From Candidatus Micrarchaeota archaeon (lineage in GTDB: Archaea; Micrarchaeota; Micrarchaeia; Anstonellales; Bilamarchaeaceae), in contig JBFMCO010000056.1 in the NCBI GenBank assembly GCA_040754495.1, forward strand, positions 1-60,122: 60,122 nt of DNA. The letters run 5' to 3'. This document shows positions 28,370 to 37,981 of this stretch, one piece after another. A program made the translations under genes and the position numbers. Position 1 is the stretch's first letter; each line of letters opens with the position of its first letter. The notes under the pieces are model-generated. The model worked only from the letters and a program-made list of their open reading frames with translations, made no database searches and was not told the DNA's origin.

Positions 28370-29140
28370 TTACATCTCTGGCGCTTCCAGCATCGCCCTC
28401 ACCACGCTGCGCGCCGCCTCTCCCAGGTTGGGCTCGCCCCCTTTGAGAACCCAGCCTCTCCGCAGGGCTATCCTTCTCAGGACCTCCTCGGAATCCTGCG
28501 CCCCGGCAAGGTCGACATCGAACCTCTCCCCGAGCCATTTCCGCAAAGTCTCGCTCCGGAGCGCCTCTTCGATGAACCTGTGCGCGTGGTAAAGCTCGTC
28601 CCCCTGCACGTTTATCGCGCCTTTCCGCGCGAGCTCGTCCTTGTGCTCCCTCTCCGGGAAAAGCCCCCGGTAGTCGCTGACCATGATGGTGTTGGTCACA
28701 TTCACCCACTGTATGTTCTTCGTCGTCCCCGCAACGGCCGAGACTTTGGCGGCCTTCCTTTTCGCGAGCAGGTTGATGAGCGTGCTTTTCCCCACGTTGG
28801 GATAGCCGACGAGGAGCGCCTTGATGGGCCGTTTCCGGGTGCGGGCGAGGATGGCGTCAATGACGGCCCTCCTCTGCTTCGGGTCAGGGTCCTTGGCGCT
28901 GATATACATGCCGCTGTGCGGCAGCGCCGGCCGGGCAGTCCCGGGGGGCAGGAGGTCCGCCTTGTTCGCGATGAGAATCAGGCGGTTCGAGCCGGCCATC
29001 CTTTCGGCGACCGGCAGCCTGGTTCCGGCCACATCGCGCGCGTCGAGGACCTCGATCACGACGTCCGCGCCGTGCACCATGTCCTCCAGCGCGGCCCATT
29101 TGTTCATCCTGCCGCGGTCTCTCAGGCTCTCCATTACCAT
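28370..29140 (-). CDS. Circularly permuted GTPase (RbgA/YlqF-like)
   Basis: NKADL precedes GYPNVGKS, then GTT and DYRG. Confidence 0.9.
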   Translation of the reverse strand: MVMESLRDRGRMNKWAALEDMVHGADVVIEVLDARDVAGTRLPVAERMAGSNRLILIANKADLLPPGTARPALPHSGMYISAKDPDPKQRRAVIDAILARTRKRPIKALLVGYPNVGKSTLINLLAKRKAAKVSAVAGTTKNIQWVNVTNTIMVSDYRGLFPEREHKDELARKGAINVQGDELYHAHRFIEEALRSETLRKWLGERFDVDLAGAQDSEEVLRRIALRRGWVLKGGEPNLGEAARSVVRAMLEAPEM

Positions 29141-30168
29141 TAAAACTCCCCGATGACTTTCTTCAGCAGCCTTATGTCGGCCTCGACGTCGCCCTCGTGC
29201 GCCACCGCGACTGTCGAGTGTATGTAGCGCGTCGGGATGCAGACCGCTATGGAAGCTATCCCGCCCTTTATATTATGGACAGAGGCCGCGTCGGTCGCCC
29301 CGCCCTCTATGACCTCGAGCTGGATGGGTATCTTGCTCTTGCCAGCGATTTCCACCACCTTTTTGGCCATCCTGCTCTCCGCGACGTTCCCCCGCGCGCT
29401 TGCCTCGACGAGCGCCACCGCCGGCCCCTTGCCAAGATATACCGGCGCATCGTGCGGCATCAGCTCCGGGTGGTCCCCCGCCACGGACGTATCCACTGCT
29501 ATGAAAGCGCGCGGCTCGAGCTTGTAGCTCGCTGTCATCGCGCCCTTGCCGAAAGTGGAGACCTCCTCCTGCACGGTTCCCATGAGCACAACGTTGCCGG
29601 GCAGGCCTTTCGCGAGCTGGAGCAGGACGTAGCATCCGAGGCGGTTGTCCAGGGCCTTGCCTGACATCATCTTCGCGCCCATCCTTCCGAACCTCGTCGG
29701 GAACGTTACCGTGTCCCCGATTTCTATCCCCATCTTCGCGGCCTCCTTGGCGCTGGATGCGCCGACGTCTATGAACAGGTGCTTGTAGTCGATGGTGGCC
29801 TTCCTCTCCTCGTCCTTCATGATGTGCGGCGGCTTGCTCCCGATGACTCCGGGCACCATCCCCCTCTTCGTCCTCACCACGACCTGCTGGTTCACGAGGG
29901 TCCTGTCGTCTATCCCCCCAATCTTGATGAACCGCACGTACCCTTTCTCATCGACGTGCTTCACCATCAGCCCTATCTCGTCCATGTGCGCGCCGAGGAT
30001 GAGGGGGGTCTTCCCGAGCGACTTGTATGCGAGGATGTTGCCGAAATTGTCCCGCTCGACCTTCAGGCCGCGCTTTTTGAACTCGGCGGCCATGAGGGCA
30101 GCGATCTCGTCTTCCTGTGAGCTCACGCCGTAGGCTTCCGACAGCCGCTTCATCAGCTCGTAATCCAT
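29140..30168 (-). CDS. M42-family (TET-like) aminopeptidase
   Basis: AHMDEIG, KALDNRLG, VQEEV, VD, YIHS. Confidence 0.92.
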   Translation of the reverse strand: MDYELMKRLSEAYGVSSQEDEIAALMAAEFKKRGLKVERDNFGNILAYKSLGKTPLILGAHMDEIGLMVKHVDEKGYVRFIKIGGIDDRTLVNQQVVVRTKRGMVPGVIGSKPPHIMKDEERKATIDYKHLFIDVGASSAKEAAKMGIEIGDTVTFPTRFGRMGAKMMSGKALDNRLGCYVLLQLAKGLPGNVVLMGTVQEEVSTFGKGAMTASYKLEPRAFIAVDTSVAGDHPELMPHDAPVYLGKGPAVALVEASARGNVAESRMAKKVVEIAGKSKIPIQLEVIEGGATDAASVHNIKGGIASIAVCIPTRYIHSTVAVAHEGDVEADIRLLKKVIGEF

Positions 30169-30229
30169 AAAAACACCGGCTCATTAACCCGGCTCACATT
30201 ATTAATCGTTTTTCAGCAAATATGGTAAC

Positions 30230-30991
30230 ATGCTTGAGAACAGCTTCGTCCATCTCCCTGATTTCGGCCCGCGGAGGGAGCGGAGGCTCTGGGGCAGCGG
30301 CGTGGAGAGCTGGGACGACTTCCTCGGGCGCTTTTGCGATTCGCCGTACCACCGCCTCGCGTGCTCAATCCTCGAGCACTCCAAGGACGCGCTGAGGCAC
30401 AATGACGCCAATTATTTCGGCGACATGCTCCCGCGCGAGGACGCCTGGCGCAGCTTCCCGCATTTTCGGAGGGTCGCTTACCTGGACATCGAGACCACGG
30501 GCCTCGCGCCAGAGACCGACTACGTCACGGTCATCGGAGTATTCGACGGCTCGCGGACGCACAGCTACGTCCACGGGCAAAATCTCGACGAATTCCAGGA
30601 TGACATGAAGAAGTACGACCTCATAGTAACGTTCAACGGCTCCCTGTTCGACATCCCCTTCCTCAGGAAGCACATCGGCGGCCTCAGGCTGAGCCGGCTC
30701 CATGTGGACTTGCGCTTCGTCCTCGCCTCGCTCGACGTGCGGGGCGGCCTCAAGAAAATCGAGCAGAAGTTCGGCCTTGAGAGGGAAGACGACCTCAAGG
30801 GCCTCACGGGCTACGACGCGGTCAAATTGTGGCAGGCGTACATCAAGAGGAACGACAATGATGCGCTGGACAAGCTGGTGCGCTACAACTCCGCGGACAT
30901 CTCGAACCTGAAAGTCCTGATGGAATGGTCGTACAAGGAGAAAAGGCTCAGGACAGGATTCGACGAGATAATGAACGGAAAAGAAAAATAA
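30230..30991 (+). CDS. RNase H-like (YprB/DEDD) exonuclease domain protein
   Basis: AYLDIETTGL, TFNGSLFDIP, HVDL, GGLKKIE, YNSADI. Confidence 0.88.
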   Translation: MLENSFVHLPDFGPRRERRLWGSGVESWDDFLGRFCDSPYHRLACSILEHSKDALRHNDANYFGDMLPREDAWRSFPHFRRVAYLDIETTGLAPETDYVTVIGVFDGSRTHSYVHGQNLDEFQDDMKKYDLIVTFNGSLFDIPFLRKHIGGLRLSRLHVDLRFVLASLDVRGGLKKIEQKFGLEREDDLKGLTGYDAVKLWQAYIKRNDNDALDKLVRYNSADISNLKVLMEWSYKEKRLRTGFDEIMNGKEK

Positions 30992-31025
30992 AACCGGCAA
31001 CCGGATGCAGAAGACCGGAAACAGC

Positions 31026-31589
31026 TCAGCCCGAGCCGCCGGCGCCGCCGTCCGAAGAGCTGTCCGGGCCCGCGTCCACCGGGCACTCGGATGCCACGGG
31101 CACTACGCGCACCTTGACAAGCAGTCCGGAAGCGTCGTACGCCATGCTCTCGACAGTGACCTCGAACGATTCCTCGTTAGCGGTCATGGTCGTGCTCGCG
31201 CCGGGGGCGACATCGACGGTCGCCGGCTCCGCTTCGCATCCGGCAAGCTCAAGCTTAGCGAGCCTCGCGCTGCCCGATTCGACTATCTGGACGAACCTGA
31301 GAGTGCCGTTCCCCAGTGTCACGGTGTCCGAGCCGGCGCTGTTCTCTGCCTCCCTGAGATTGCCTTCAACCGCCTCGCAGCCGATGCGTATCATGCAGGC
31401 GCCTCCGTCAGGCGCGGTCGGGTCGTAAGGTATCGGATTGACGTTCACATCCACGCATGCAGGCGCAGAAGCGAGCGCAGCCGCAAGGACCGCTTTACCC
31501 GCGAATCCGGCCTTCCTACTGTTCTCCTTTCTCTCGCAAGAAACCGTTTGTCTAATCCCCAATCTCCCACCCTCCAGAAAAGTTTTCAA
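31026..31589 (-). CDS. Lipoprotein-like surface protein, paralog of 18102..18602
   Basis: AVLAAALASAPAC; LRFVQIVESGSARLAKLE...YDASGL aligns with VRLVEISDSGSTKAAKLE...YDAAGL. Confidence 0.75.
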   Translation of the reverse strand: MKTFLEGGRLGIRQTVSCERKENSRKAGFAGKAVLAAALASAPACVDVNVNPIPYDPTAPDGGACMIRIGCEAVEGNLREAENSAGSDTVTLGNGTLRFVQIVESGSARLAKLELAGCEAEPATVDVAPGASTTMTANEESFEVTVESMAYDASGLLVKVRVVPVASECPVDAGPDSSSDGGAGGSG

Positions 31590-31686
31590 ATAATATAGTC
31601 ATGGCATACGTTTTAAATGGTTCTTGCTGGGAGGACGTGTTAGTGCCAGGCAAGTATTAAGAAGAGTGGCTGACGTTAAGGATTTC

Positions 31687-32772
31687 ATGAGGGGCGCCAT
31701 ACTGTTGCTTATCGCTGGGGTATTGCTGGCCGGCTGTGCGCAGCCGCAGGACGTAGGGAACCAGACCGGCAATGAGACCAATCTGACAGCGCCGGTCGAG
31801 GAATGCTCCGGCCCGGTATGCGGCGCCGACAACAATACCTACACTACCGACTGCGAGGCGGAGCTTGCGGGCGTCTCCATACTCCATCTTGGCGAGTGCG
31901 TGGTCGAGGAATGCACTGACAGCGACGGAGGCATGAACGCCACTTCGGCCGGCACTGCCGTGAAAGGGGAGCAGGAATTTGCGGACTACTGCGACACGGA
32001 CGGAAAGCTCCAGGAATACGGATGCGCAGACAGCGGCATCGTCGTGGTCGCTCTCGAATGCGCACAAGGCGAGGAATGCAAGGACGGCGCGTGCGCGCCG
32101 CTGCCCCCGCCACCGCCGCCGGAGAACGTGACGCCGCCGGTCGAGCCGGGATGCGTCGGCCCCCTCCAGCCTGATGCAGGCGTGAAGGGGAACGTGACCT
32201 GGAACGGCACGGCATATTCCGATTCGTGCGTCGAGTTCCGCGTCGTGAAGGAATACTACTGCAGGGACGGGAAGGCCGAGGCGATAAACACGCCGTGCGA
32301 TGCCGGCTACGGCTGCGAAAACGGCGCCTGCGTTTGGCAGCCTTTCGAGTGCAGCGAGACCGACTCCGGCAACGATACCGAGGTCAAGGGAAGGACGATA
32401 GTGACCAAGGGGCTAAACACCCCATTCGACCAAACGGATTTTTGCGAGAACGAGGCTTACATCAACGAGAACTACTGCCTTGAGAACGGCACTGCGGTGA
32501 CCGAAACGGTCCCCTGCGACAGCGGCATGAAATGCGTCCAGGGCAGGTGCGTCGACAGCCTATGCAGCGACACGGACGACGGCCTGAATTATTTCAAGAG
32601 GGGCGTGGCGTCGGCCGGAGGCGATTCGTTCGAGGACAACTGCTTCGACGATTATACCATACAGGAATACTACTGCTACGGGGACGAAGTCCGGGACAAA
32701 ATCACCTCCTGCCCGGACGGCTACATCTGCAGCCAGAACAACAAGAAATGCGTGGAAGGCAGCATCGGCTGA
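31687..32772 (+). CDS. Cys-rich lipoprotein with a Kazal-like module and four six-Cys repeats
   Basis: VLLAGC; PVCGADNNTYTTDC...GEC; repeats of the form C.D.D.G......G....D.C.....EY.C....C..G..C..G.C. Confidence 0.85.
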   Translation: MRGAILLLIAGVLLAGCAQPQDVGNQTGNETNLTAPVEECSGPVCGADNNTYTTDCEAELAGVSILHLGECVVEECTDSDGGMNATSAGTAVKGEQEFADYCDTDGKLQEYGCADSGIVVVALECAQGEECKDGACAPLPPPPPPENVTPPVEPGCVGPLQPDAGVKGNVTWNGTAYSDSCVEFRVVKEYYCRDGKAEAINTPCDAGYGCENGACVWQPFECSETDSGNDTEVKGRTIVTKGLNTPFDQTDFCENEAYINENYCLENGTAVTETVPCDSGMKCVQGRCVDSLCSDTDDGLNYFKRGVASAGGDSFEDNCFDDYTIQEYYCYGDEVRDKITSCPDGYICSQNNKKCVEGSIG

Positions 32773-33186
32773 TTTTTCCCTCTTTTTCCTCCTCTTTGCT
32801 GTGGTTTTCCACAGTTTTCCGAAAAACCTTGGTCTTACTGCTCATCCGGCACGCCGGATGATAGATATATTTTTAAATCCTGCCAGCGTACGGTAGAACC
32901 CCATGCAAAAGTTGCGCACCTTTGGGTCGCGCAGACAGGATTCAGGCTTTGTGCCGTCTCCGCTACCGGTATCCAGGTTTCAGGGTTCCGGGGGCTTGAG
33001 GCAGTGTTCTGCGCTAATGGTGCGCGCGGCGACCGGGTGACCAGGATGTTCGGGTGGATACTTAAGACCGATTGGGATATCAACCGTGTGATGAGATGGT
33101 ATTCGAGGCGGCACGTGCGGCCGAGGGCAACCTGCAGGCAGTGCTGAACCGCCCCTCTCTTTAATTTTCTCTTTTTTATTCTCTTC

Positions 33187-33636
33187 ATGGAGCTTTATCT
33201 TGTCCAGCACGGCGAGGCAAAGAGCGAAGCGGAAGACCCCGAGCGGCCGCTGAGCGAAAGGGGGAAGAAGGAGGCGGGCAAGGTCGCAAGGCGCCTTGCG
33301 GAATCCGGAATCAGGCCCGACGAGGTTTTCCATTCGCAAAAGCTAAGGGCGAAGCAGACTGCCGACATCTTCTCCTCTGCATTGCGCTCACGCTCGCTCG
33401 AGATGCAGGGCCTCAAGCCGAACGACGACCCGGCGATTGCGCGCGATTTTGTAGAGGGCCAGGGACGGAGCGTCATGCTCGTTGGCCACATGCCGCACCT
33501 CTCCCGGCTCGCCTCCCTCCTCATAACCGGAAACCCCGAACACGAAACCATCTCGTTCCGCATGGGCGCATGCGTGTGCCTCGTGAAGGAGGAGCGGTGG
33601 AAGGTGAAGTGGATTCTCACTCCTGAACTCGCCTGA
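33187..33636 (+). CDS. sixA: Phosphohistidine phosphatase SixA-like
   Basis: LYLVQHGEA, LSERG, SQKLRAKQTA, LVGHMP. Confidence 0.88.
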   Translation: MELYLVQHGEAKSEAEDPERPLSERGKKEAGKVARRLAESGIRPDEVFHSQKLRAKQTADIFSSALRSRSLEMQGLKPNDDPAIARDFVEGQGRSVMLVGHMPHLSRLASLLITGNPEHETISFRMGACVCLVKEERWKVKWILTPELA

Positions 33637-34030
33637 GCGTCCTTATCGCGCCCGCGCTCCCGTCGACTTCAAGCATCTGGCCATCCTTTATGAGGGCGTA
33701 GATGTCCCCGCCGGGCATGTCCACCATGGGTATCCTCGATATTATCGCGCCCACCGCGATTATCGGCTCTGCGCTGATGTTGATTATCGCAGCAGGCGCG
33801 CGGCCGCCCTTCGCAAGCTGGAGCATCACGTAGGACCCGACCGTGGAGCCCTTGCCGTTGGGGAACACGAGCACTTTGCCGGCGACGTTTTTCCCCTCGA
33901 GCGGATGGTTCTTCTCGATGACGTTCCCGGTTGCGGGGTCCACGCCGCCGAGGAACCCGACCGGCTCTGCCGAAAGCAGCGCCGGGCCGGACGCCTTCCC
34001 CCTTGAAATCGGCCTTGCGGTCATCTCCAT
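33617..34030 (-). CDS. Aconitase X small (swivel, DUF126) subunit; phosphomevalonate dehydratase small subunit
   Basis: GFLGGVDPATG, GKGSTVGSYV, AEPIIAVGA. Confidence 0.9.
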   Translation of the reverse strand: MEMTARPISRGKASGPALLSAEPVGFLGGVDPATGNVIEKNHPLEGKNVAGKVLVFPNGKGSTVGSYVMLQLAKGGRAPAAIINISAEPIIAVGAIISRIPMVDMPGGDIYALIKDGQMLEVDGSAGAIRTLRRVQE

Positions 34031-34034
34031 GTCA

Positions 34035-35210
34035 TCACCTGTAAAGGATGTCCCCGATGTCCCCGAAGGCCACGCGCTGCCTGCAGAGGTTCGGGAGGTA
34101 TTTTGCAGCCTTCCCGGAGTTCGTTCCAGTGACGCGATAGCCCATCTGCTCGAGCGGGCAGACAACCATGCAGGTGTCGGCAACAACCTTCCCGCCCGCT
34201 GCTTCGATATCCCGCGCATACCCCAGCCTCACGGCCTCGTCCTTCGTCTTCCTCGCGGTGCATACCCAGAATCCGCAGGTGGGCTTTCTTTCGGAGACCA
34301 TGCGCGCCACCTCCCGTATCTCGTTGAGCGATGCGTGCGGGCAGCCGATGGTAACGAGGTCGGGCTTCGCGGCGCAATCCATCCTCCCTTTCTCCGCGGC
34401 AAGCTCCTTTGCGCCAAATGGCACGGCCTCCGCGTCCTCCGCCACGCTCCACTCGGGCGTGATGCCTTTTGCGAAGAACAGCGGGACTGAGCCTGTGGCG
34501 GCCATGGATGCGCCAAGGACCTTGAGCTGCTCCTCGCTCGCGCGGTTCATCCCGGTGAATGCAGGATACCTGTCCTTCGCCATCGAGCCGATAGCATAGC
34601 CCAGCGCCCCGAAATCAGCGGTGGTCCGGAGCTCGCAGCCGGACACGTCCACGACGAGCCTCGCGACCCTGTTCTCAGGCGCATGCAGCCCGTAGTACGG
34701 CGTCACCCCGCATATCGCGGCGGCGAGCGCTGACGGGCCTCCCTCCCTGTTCGTGCACGCCCCGAGCACCGAATTGGCGAAGGCGACTGCGCTGGATTCG
34801 GCCCATGCGACATGCTCGCCCCTTCCGGGCCGTATGCCGATGAAATACGGCGTGCAGGTGCATGTCTTCATGATGCCCATCCCGGAATACGCGTCGAGGA
34901 TGGCTATCTGCTTCATCGCGAAATCCTCCGGCACCCCCATCTCCTTCCACTGCTCCGCGTCCATGCCAGCCGGATTCAGGAACGTCGGGATGCGCGTGCG
35001 CGCCCCCTTGATTGCAAGGCCCTGCAGGTACTCCAGGCCGGCCTGCCCTATCGTCTTGAAGGACACGCCGGAGACCTGCGCGCTGGACACGGGCACCATC
35101 CTTTCCGCGCAATAAATCCGGCCGAGCGCGACGAGTATCTCCATTGACTCGCGCGCGGCCTCCCCCCTCTCGCCGTCGAACATCGCCTGCTCTTCTTTGC
35201 TCAGCTCCAT
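34035..35210 (-). CDS. Aconitase X large subunit; phosphomevalonate dehydratase large subunit
   Basis: SAQVSGVS, TCTCTPY, AWAESSA, IGCPH, DTCMVVCP, TNSGKAA. Confidence 0.9.
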   Translation of the reverse strand: MELSKEEQAMFDGERGEAARESMEILVALGRIYCAERMVPVSSAQVSGVSFKTIGQAGLEYLQGLAIKGARTRIPTFLNPAGMDAEQWKEMGVPEDFAMKQIAILDAYSGMGIMKTCTCTPYFIGIRPGRGEHVAWAESSAVAFANSVLGACTNREGGPSALAAAICGVTPYYGLHAPENRVARLVVDVSGCELRTTADFGALGYAIGSMAKDRYPAFTGMNRASEEQLKVLGASMAATGSVPLFFAKGITPEWSVAEDAEAVPFGAKELAAEKGRMDCAAKPDLVTIGCPHASLNEIREVARMVSERKPTCGFWVCTARKTKDEAVRLGYARDIEAAGGKVVADTCMVVCPLEQMGYRVTGTNSGKAAKYLPNLCRQRVAFGDIGDILYR

Positions 35211-35232
35211 CCAATCAGTCCTTCCGCATCGA

Positions 35233-36537
35233 TCACAAATACTCTCCCGGCTCGACCTTCTTCCATCCGGCCTTCGTGAAGTTCTTGCCGTGCGCGACGA
35301 GCGGCTTCGTGGCATCCATGCCCATCTTGGCCGTGTCGTAGGTGTGCGGGTCCGCGCTGGGGTCCAGCGAGGAGCCTTTCTGCCCTGTTTTTATCACGAC
35401 GCCCTTGTCCGCCTGGAGCCGTGTAGCTATCGCCCATTCGACCTCGCTAGGGTCGTCCACGTCTATATCATCATCCACAATTACCACGTGCTTCAGGGAC
35501 TTGTGGCCGGCAAATGCCGCTTCTATGGCCTTTTTTCCGTCCCCCTCTCCCCCCTTTTTTATCGAAACGACCGCATGGAGCCAGGAGCATCCGCCCGGGG
35601 TGATGTTCACGCGCCTGCAATCGCAGACCTTGCCCACCTCGTTGTAAATCGTCGGCTCCTTGGGCATGCCCATCAGCACCTTGTGCTCGAGGCCTCCCGG
35701 AAGGAGGATATGCCAGATTGCGCCGTCCCTGTGATACATCCTCGTGAAGCGCATGACCCGCTGCTTCCTCACGACATCATACGTCTCGGTGAGGTCAATA
35801 AACGGGCCTTCGTCATGCTGCTCCTCCGTTATCCTCGCTTCGAATGCGAACTCGCAATCGGCCGGCACCCCGATTCCGTTGCGCAGCCTCACCGTCTTCA
35901 CTGGCGAGAGGGTATTCGCGAACTCCAGCTCGTCCTGCCCGAGCTTCACCGAAGTCGCGGCCGAGAGAAGGACGTTGATGGGAGCCCCGACTATCACCGC
36001 GACATCAAGCTCCCCGCCCGCCCTGCCGATGAACTCGTTCAGGTGCCTGGGCAGGATGCGGATTACCGCCTTGTCCCTGCCTATGACCATCATCCTGTGG
36101 AACGACAGGTTCCGCCCGAGCTCCTCATCCTGCGCCACGACGACCGCAGACGACAGGTACGGCCCGCCGTCCCTTTCCGCATGCAGCGGTATCGGGAGGG
36201 AGCCCAGGTCCACCTCGTCGGTGCTGTTTTCGAGAACCGGCCCCCCTGGGACGGTCTCGGGCTTTGTTGGATTGTTGATGGCCTGCACAAGCCTCTGCAT
36301 CAGCCCTTCCTTCGGGACGCCCAGATAATCGCAGACAAGCTCCCTCGTGGAGAACACGTTCCCGGCGGCGGGGAATTTTGAACCTGTTACCTCCGGCACA
36401 TAAAGCGGGTTGCCGTCCGTCGCGTGCATCAGGCCCGCAAGCTCCAGGTTCTTCGGAACCGCCTTCCTGGCCGTCCTCATCCTCCCCTCCTTCCGCAGCC
36501 TCTGCAAAAAATCCCTGAAAGACGTCATCCTTCCCAC
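35233..36537 (-). CDS. UbiD-family decarboxylase (anhydromevalonate phosphate decarboxylase by context)
   Basis: DGGPY, RNLSFHR, EGPFIDLT, EHKVLMG, GGCSWLH, VDDDIDV, SSLDPS. Confidence 0.88.
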   Translation of the reverse strand: MGRMTSFRDFLQRLRKEGRMRTARKAVPKNLELAGLMHATDGNPLYVPEVTGSKFPAAGNVFSTRELVCDYLGVPKEGLMQRLVQAINNPTKPETVPGGPVLENSTDEVDLGSLPIPLHAERDGGPYLSSAVVVAQDEELGRNLSFHRMMVIGRDKAVIRILPRHLNEFIGRAGGELDVAVIVGAPINVLLSAATSVKLGQDELEFANTLSPVKTVRLRNGIGVPADCEFAFEARITEEQHDEGPFIDLTETYDVVRKQRVMRFTRMYHRDGAIWHILLPGGLEHKVLMGMPKEPTIYNEVGKVCDCRRVNITPGGCSWLHAVVSIKKGGEGDGKKAIEAAFAGHKSLKHVVIVDDDIDVDDPSEVEWAIATRLQADKGVVIKTGQKGSSLDPSADPHTYDTAKMGMDATKPLVAHGKNFTKAGWKKVEPGEYL

Positions 36538-37061
36538 CTTTTTCCGAGACTATGCTCCAGGCCGAGCTGGTCCAGAACCCGCGCCGCCACGAAGTCTATC
36601 AAGTCATCCACGCTTTGCGGCCGGCCGTAGAAGCCGGGCGACGCAGGCAGCACGACCGCCCCCGCGAGCGTTACCGTTTCCATGTTCCTTATGCCTATCA
36701 GCGAATACGGCGTCTCGCGCACAACGAGTATCAGCTTCTTCCTCTCCTTGAGCGCCACCTCTGCCGCGCGGGGGATGAGCCCGGAGCCGCTCCCGGAAGC
36801 TATCTCGCCGAGGCTCCTCATGGAGCACGGTATCACGACCATGGCGTCCGCGGCGCTGGAACCCGAGGCGAAGGGGCAGGACAAATCATCCTCGGCGTAA
36901 TCCGCTTCCGGGAGGGCAAAACCCTCCATCGCAGCGACTTTCCTCGCCCCGGAGCTTATGACCACCTTCGTCTCCGCCTCCCTAATCCCGCGCAGGACGG
37001 AAACCATCCTGCCGGCGTACTGAAGGCCGGAGGCTCCGGTTATGGCCAAAAGAACCCGCAT
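36525..37061 (-). CDS. ubiX: Flavin prenyltransferase UbiX
   Basis: AITGASG, ASGS, PCSMRSL, LIPRAA, RETP, PASPGFY. Confidence 0.93.
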   Translation of the reverse strand: MRVLLAITGASGLQYAGRMVSVLRGIREAETKVVISSGARKVAAMEGFALPEADYAEDDLSCPFASGSSAADAMVVIPCSMRSLGEIASGSGSGLIPRAAEVALKERKKLILVVRETPYSLIGIRNMETVTLAGAVVLPASPGFYGRPQSVDDLIDFVAARVLDQLGLEHSLGKRWEG

Positions 37062-37140
37062 GACATGTAATATTTTTTTCACTTTAAAAACCCCCCGGCC
37101 GGGGCCGAAAGCTTTTATCGCTTGCCTCCGAACACTTACC

Positions 37141-37902
37141 ATGAGGATAGTGAAAATAGGGGGCAGCATCATCACCGACAAATCCGGCTACATGAAGGCG
37201 AGGCCGGAGAACATCGAAAAGCTCGCGAAGGCCGTCGCGGCGATATGGCGAAGGGGAGCGCGCGACCTCGTGCTTGTCCATGGGGCGGGCTCTTTCGGCC
37301 ATGCGCTCGTGATAAACCACGGCATAGGCGAGGGAGTGAAGAACGCCCTCCACCGCGTGGGATACGCGGACACGCACGCCGCCTGCAGCGAGCTGTCTCT
37401 CATGATTGTCCGGGCTCTGATAGGGAACGGCGCCCCTGCGGTGCCGCTCCCGCCTGCTGTCGTCCTTGGACTCAGGGACAAGCGCATCTCCCGCTTCGAT
37501 GTCAGGCTCGTCACCGATTATTTGCAGGGCGGCTACCTGCCGGTGCTCTACGGGGACATGGCCCCGGACACGCTCCTTGGCGGCTATCCCTGCTCCGGTG
37601 ACCAGATAGTCTCATACCTGGGCAAGGGCGCGGAGATGCTCGTGCTGGCGACTGACGTGGACGGCGTCCTGGACGAAAAAGGCAACGTCGTCCCGCTTAT
37701 CACGCGCTCGAACTTCGCGGAAGTGTCGAAGCACCTCAAGCACACGGCGAACGACGTTACGGGCGGCATGAAAGGAAAAATTGAGGAGCTGCTCGCCCTC
37801 GACACGGTAGCATACATAGTGAACGGCTCGCACCCGGAGCGCATCGAGGCGGTCTTTTCCGGGAAGCCCGTACTATGCACACAGGTAAATGAGAAAAGAT
37901 AA
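37141..37902 (+). CDS. ipk: Isopentenyl phosphate kinase
   Basis: KIGGSIITDK, HGAGSFGH, GDQI, DVTGGMKGK. Confidence 0.93.
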   Translation: MRIVKIGGSIITDKSGYMKARPENIEKLAKAVAAIWRRGARDLVLVHGAGSFGHALVINHGIGEGVKNALHRVGYADTHAACSELSLMIVRALIGNGAPAVPLPPAVVLGLRDKRISRFDVRLVTDYLQGGYLPVLYGDMAPDTLLGGYPCSGDQIVSYLGKGAEMLVLATDVDGVLDEKGNVVPLITRSNFAEVSKHLKHTANDVTGGMKGKIEELLALDTVAYIVNGSHPERIEAVFSGKPVLCTQVNEKR

Positions 37903-37981
37903 GGCGCTGCCTGAACAAGTAAAATTCGTCGAATGGAGATTGCAGCTCGCATTTTTAAACAATCCGCGTCCTCTTGCTCCC

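Noticed and set aside
32882-32900. GCCAGCG-TA-CGGT-AG as a tRNA 5' half
   Set aside because: No matching CGCTGGC acceptor strand or T arm nearby; a split tRNA cannot be supported.
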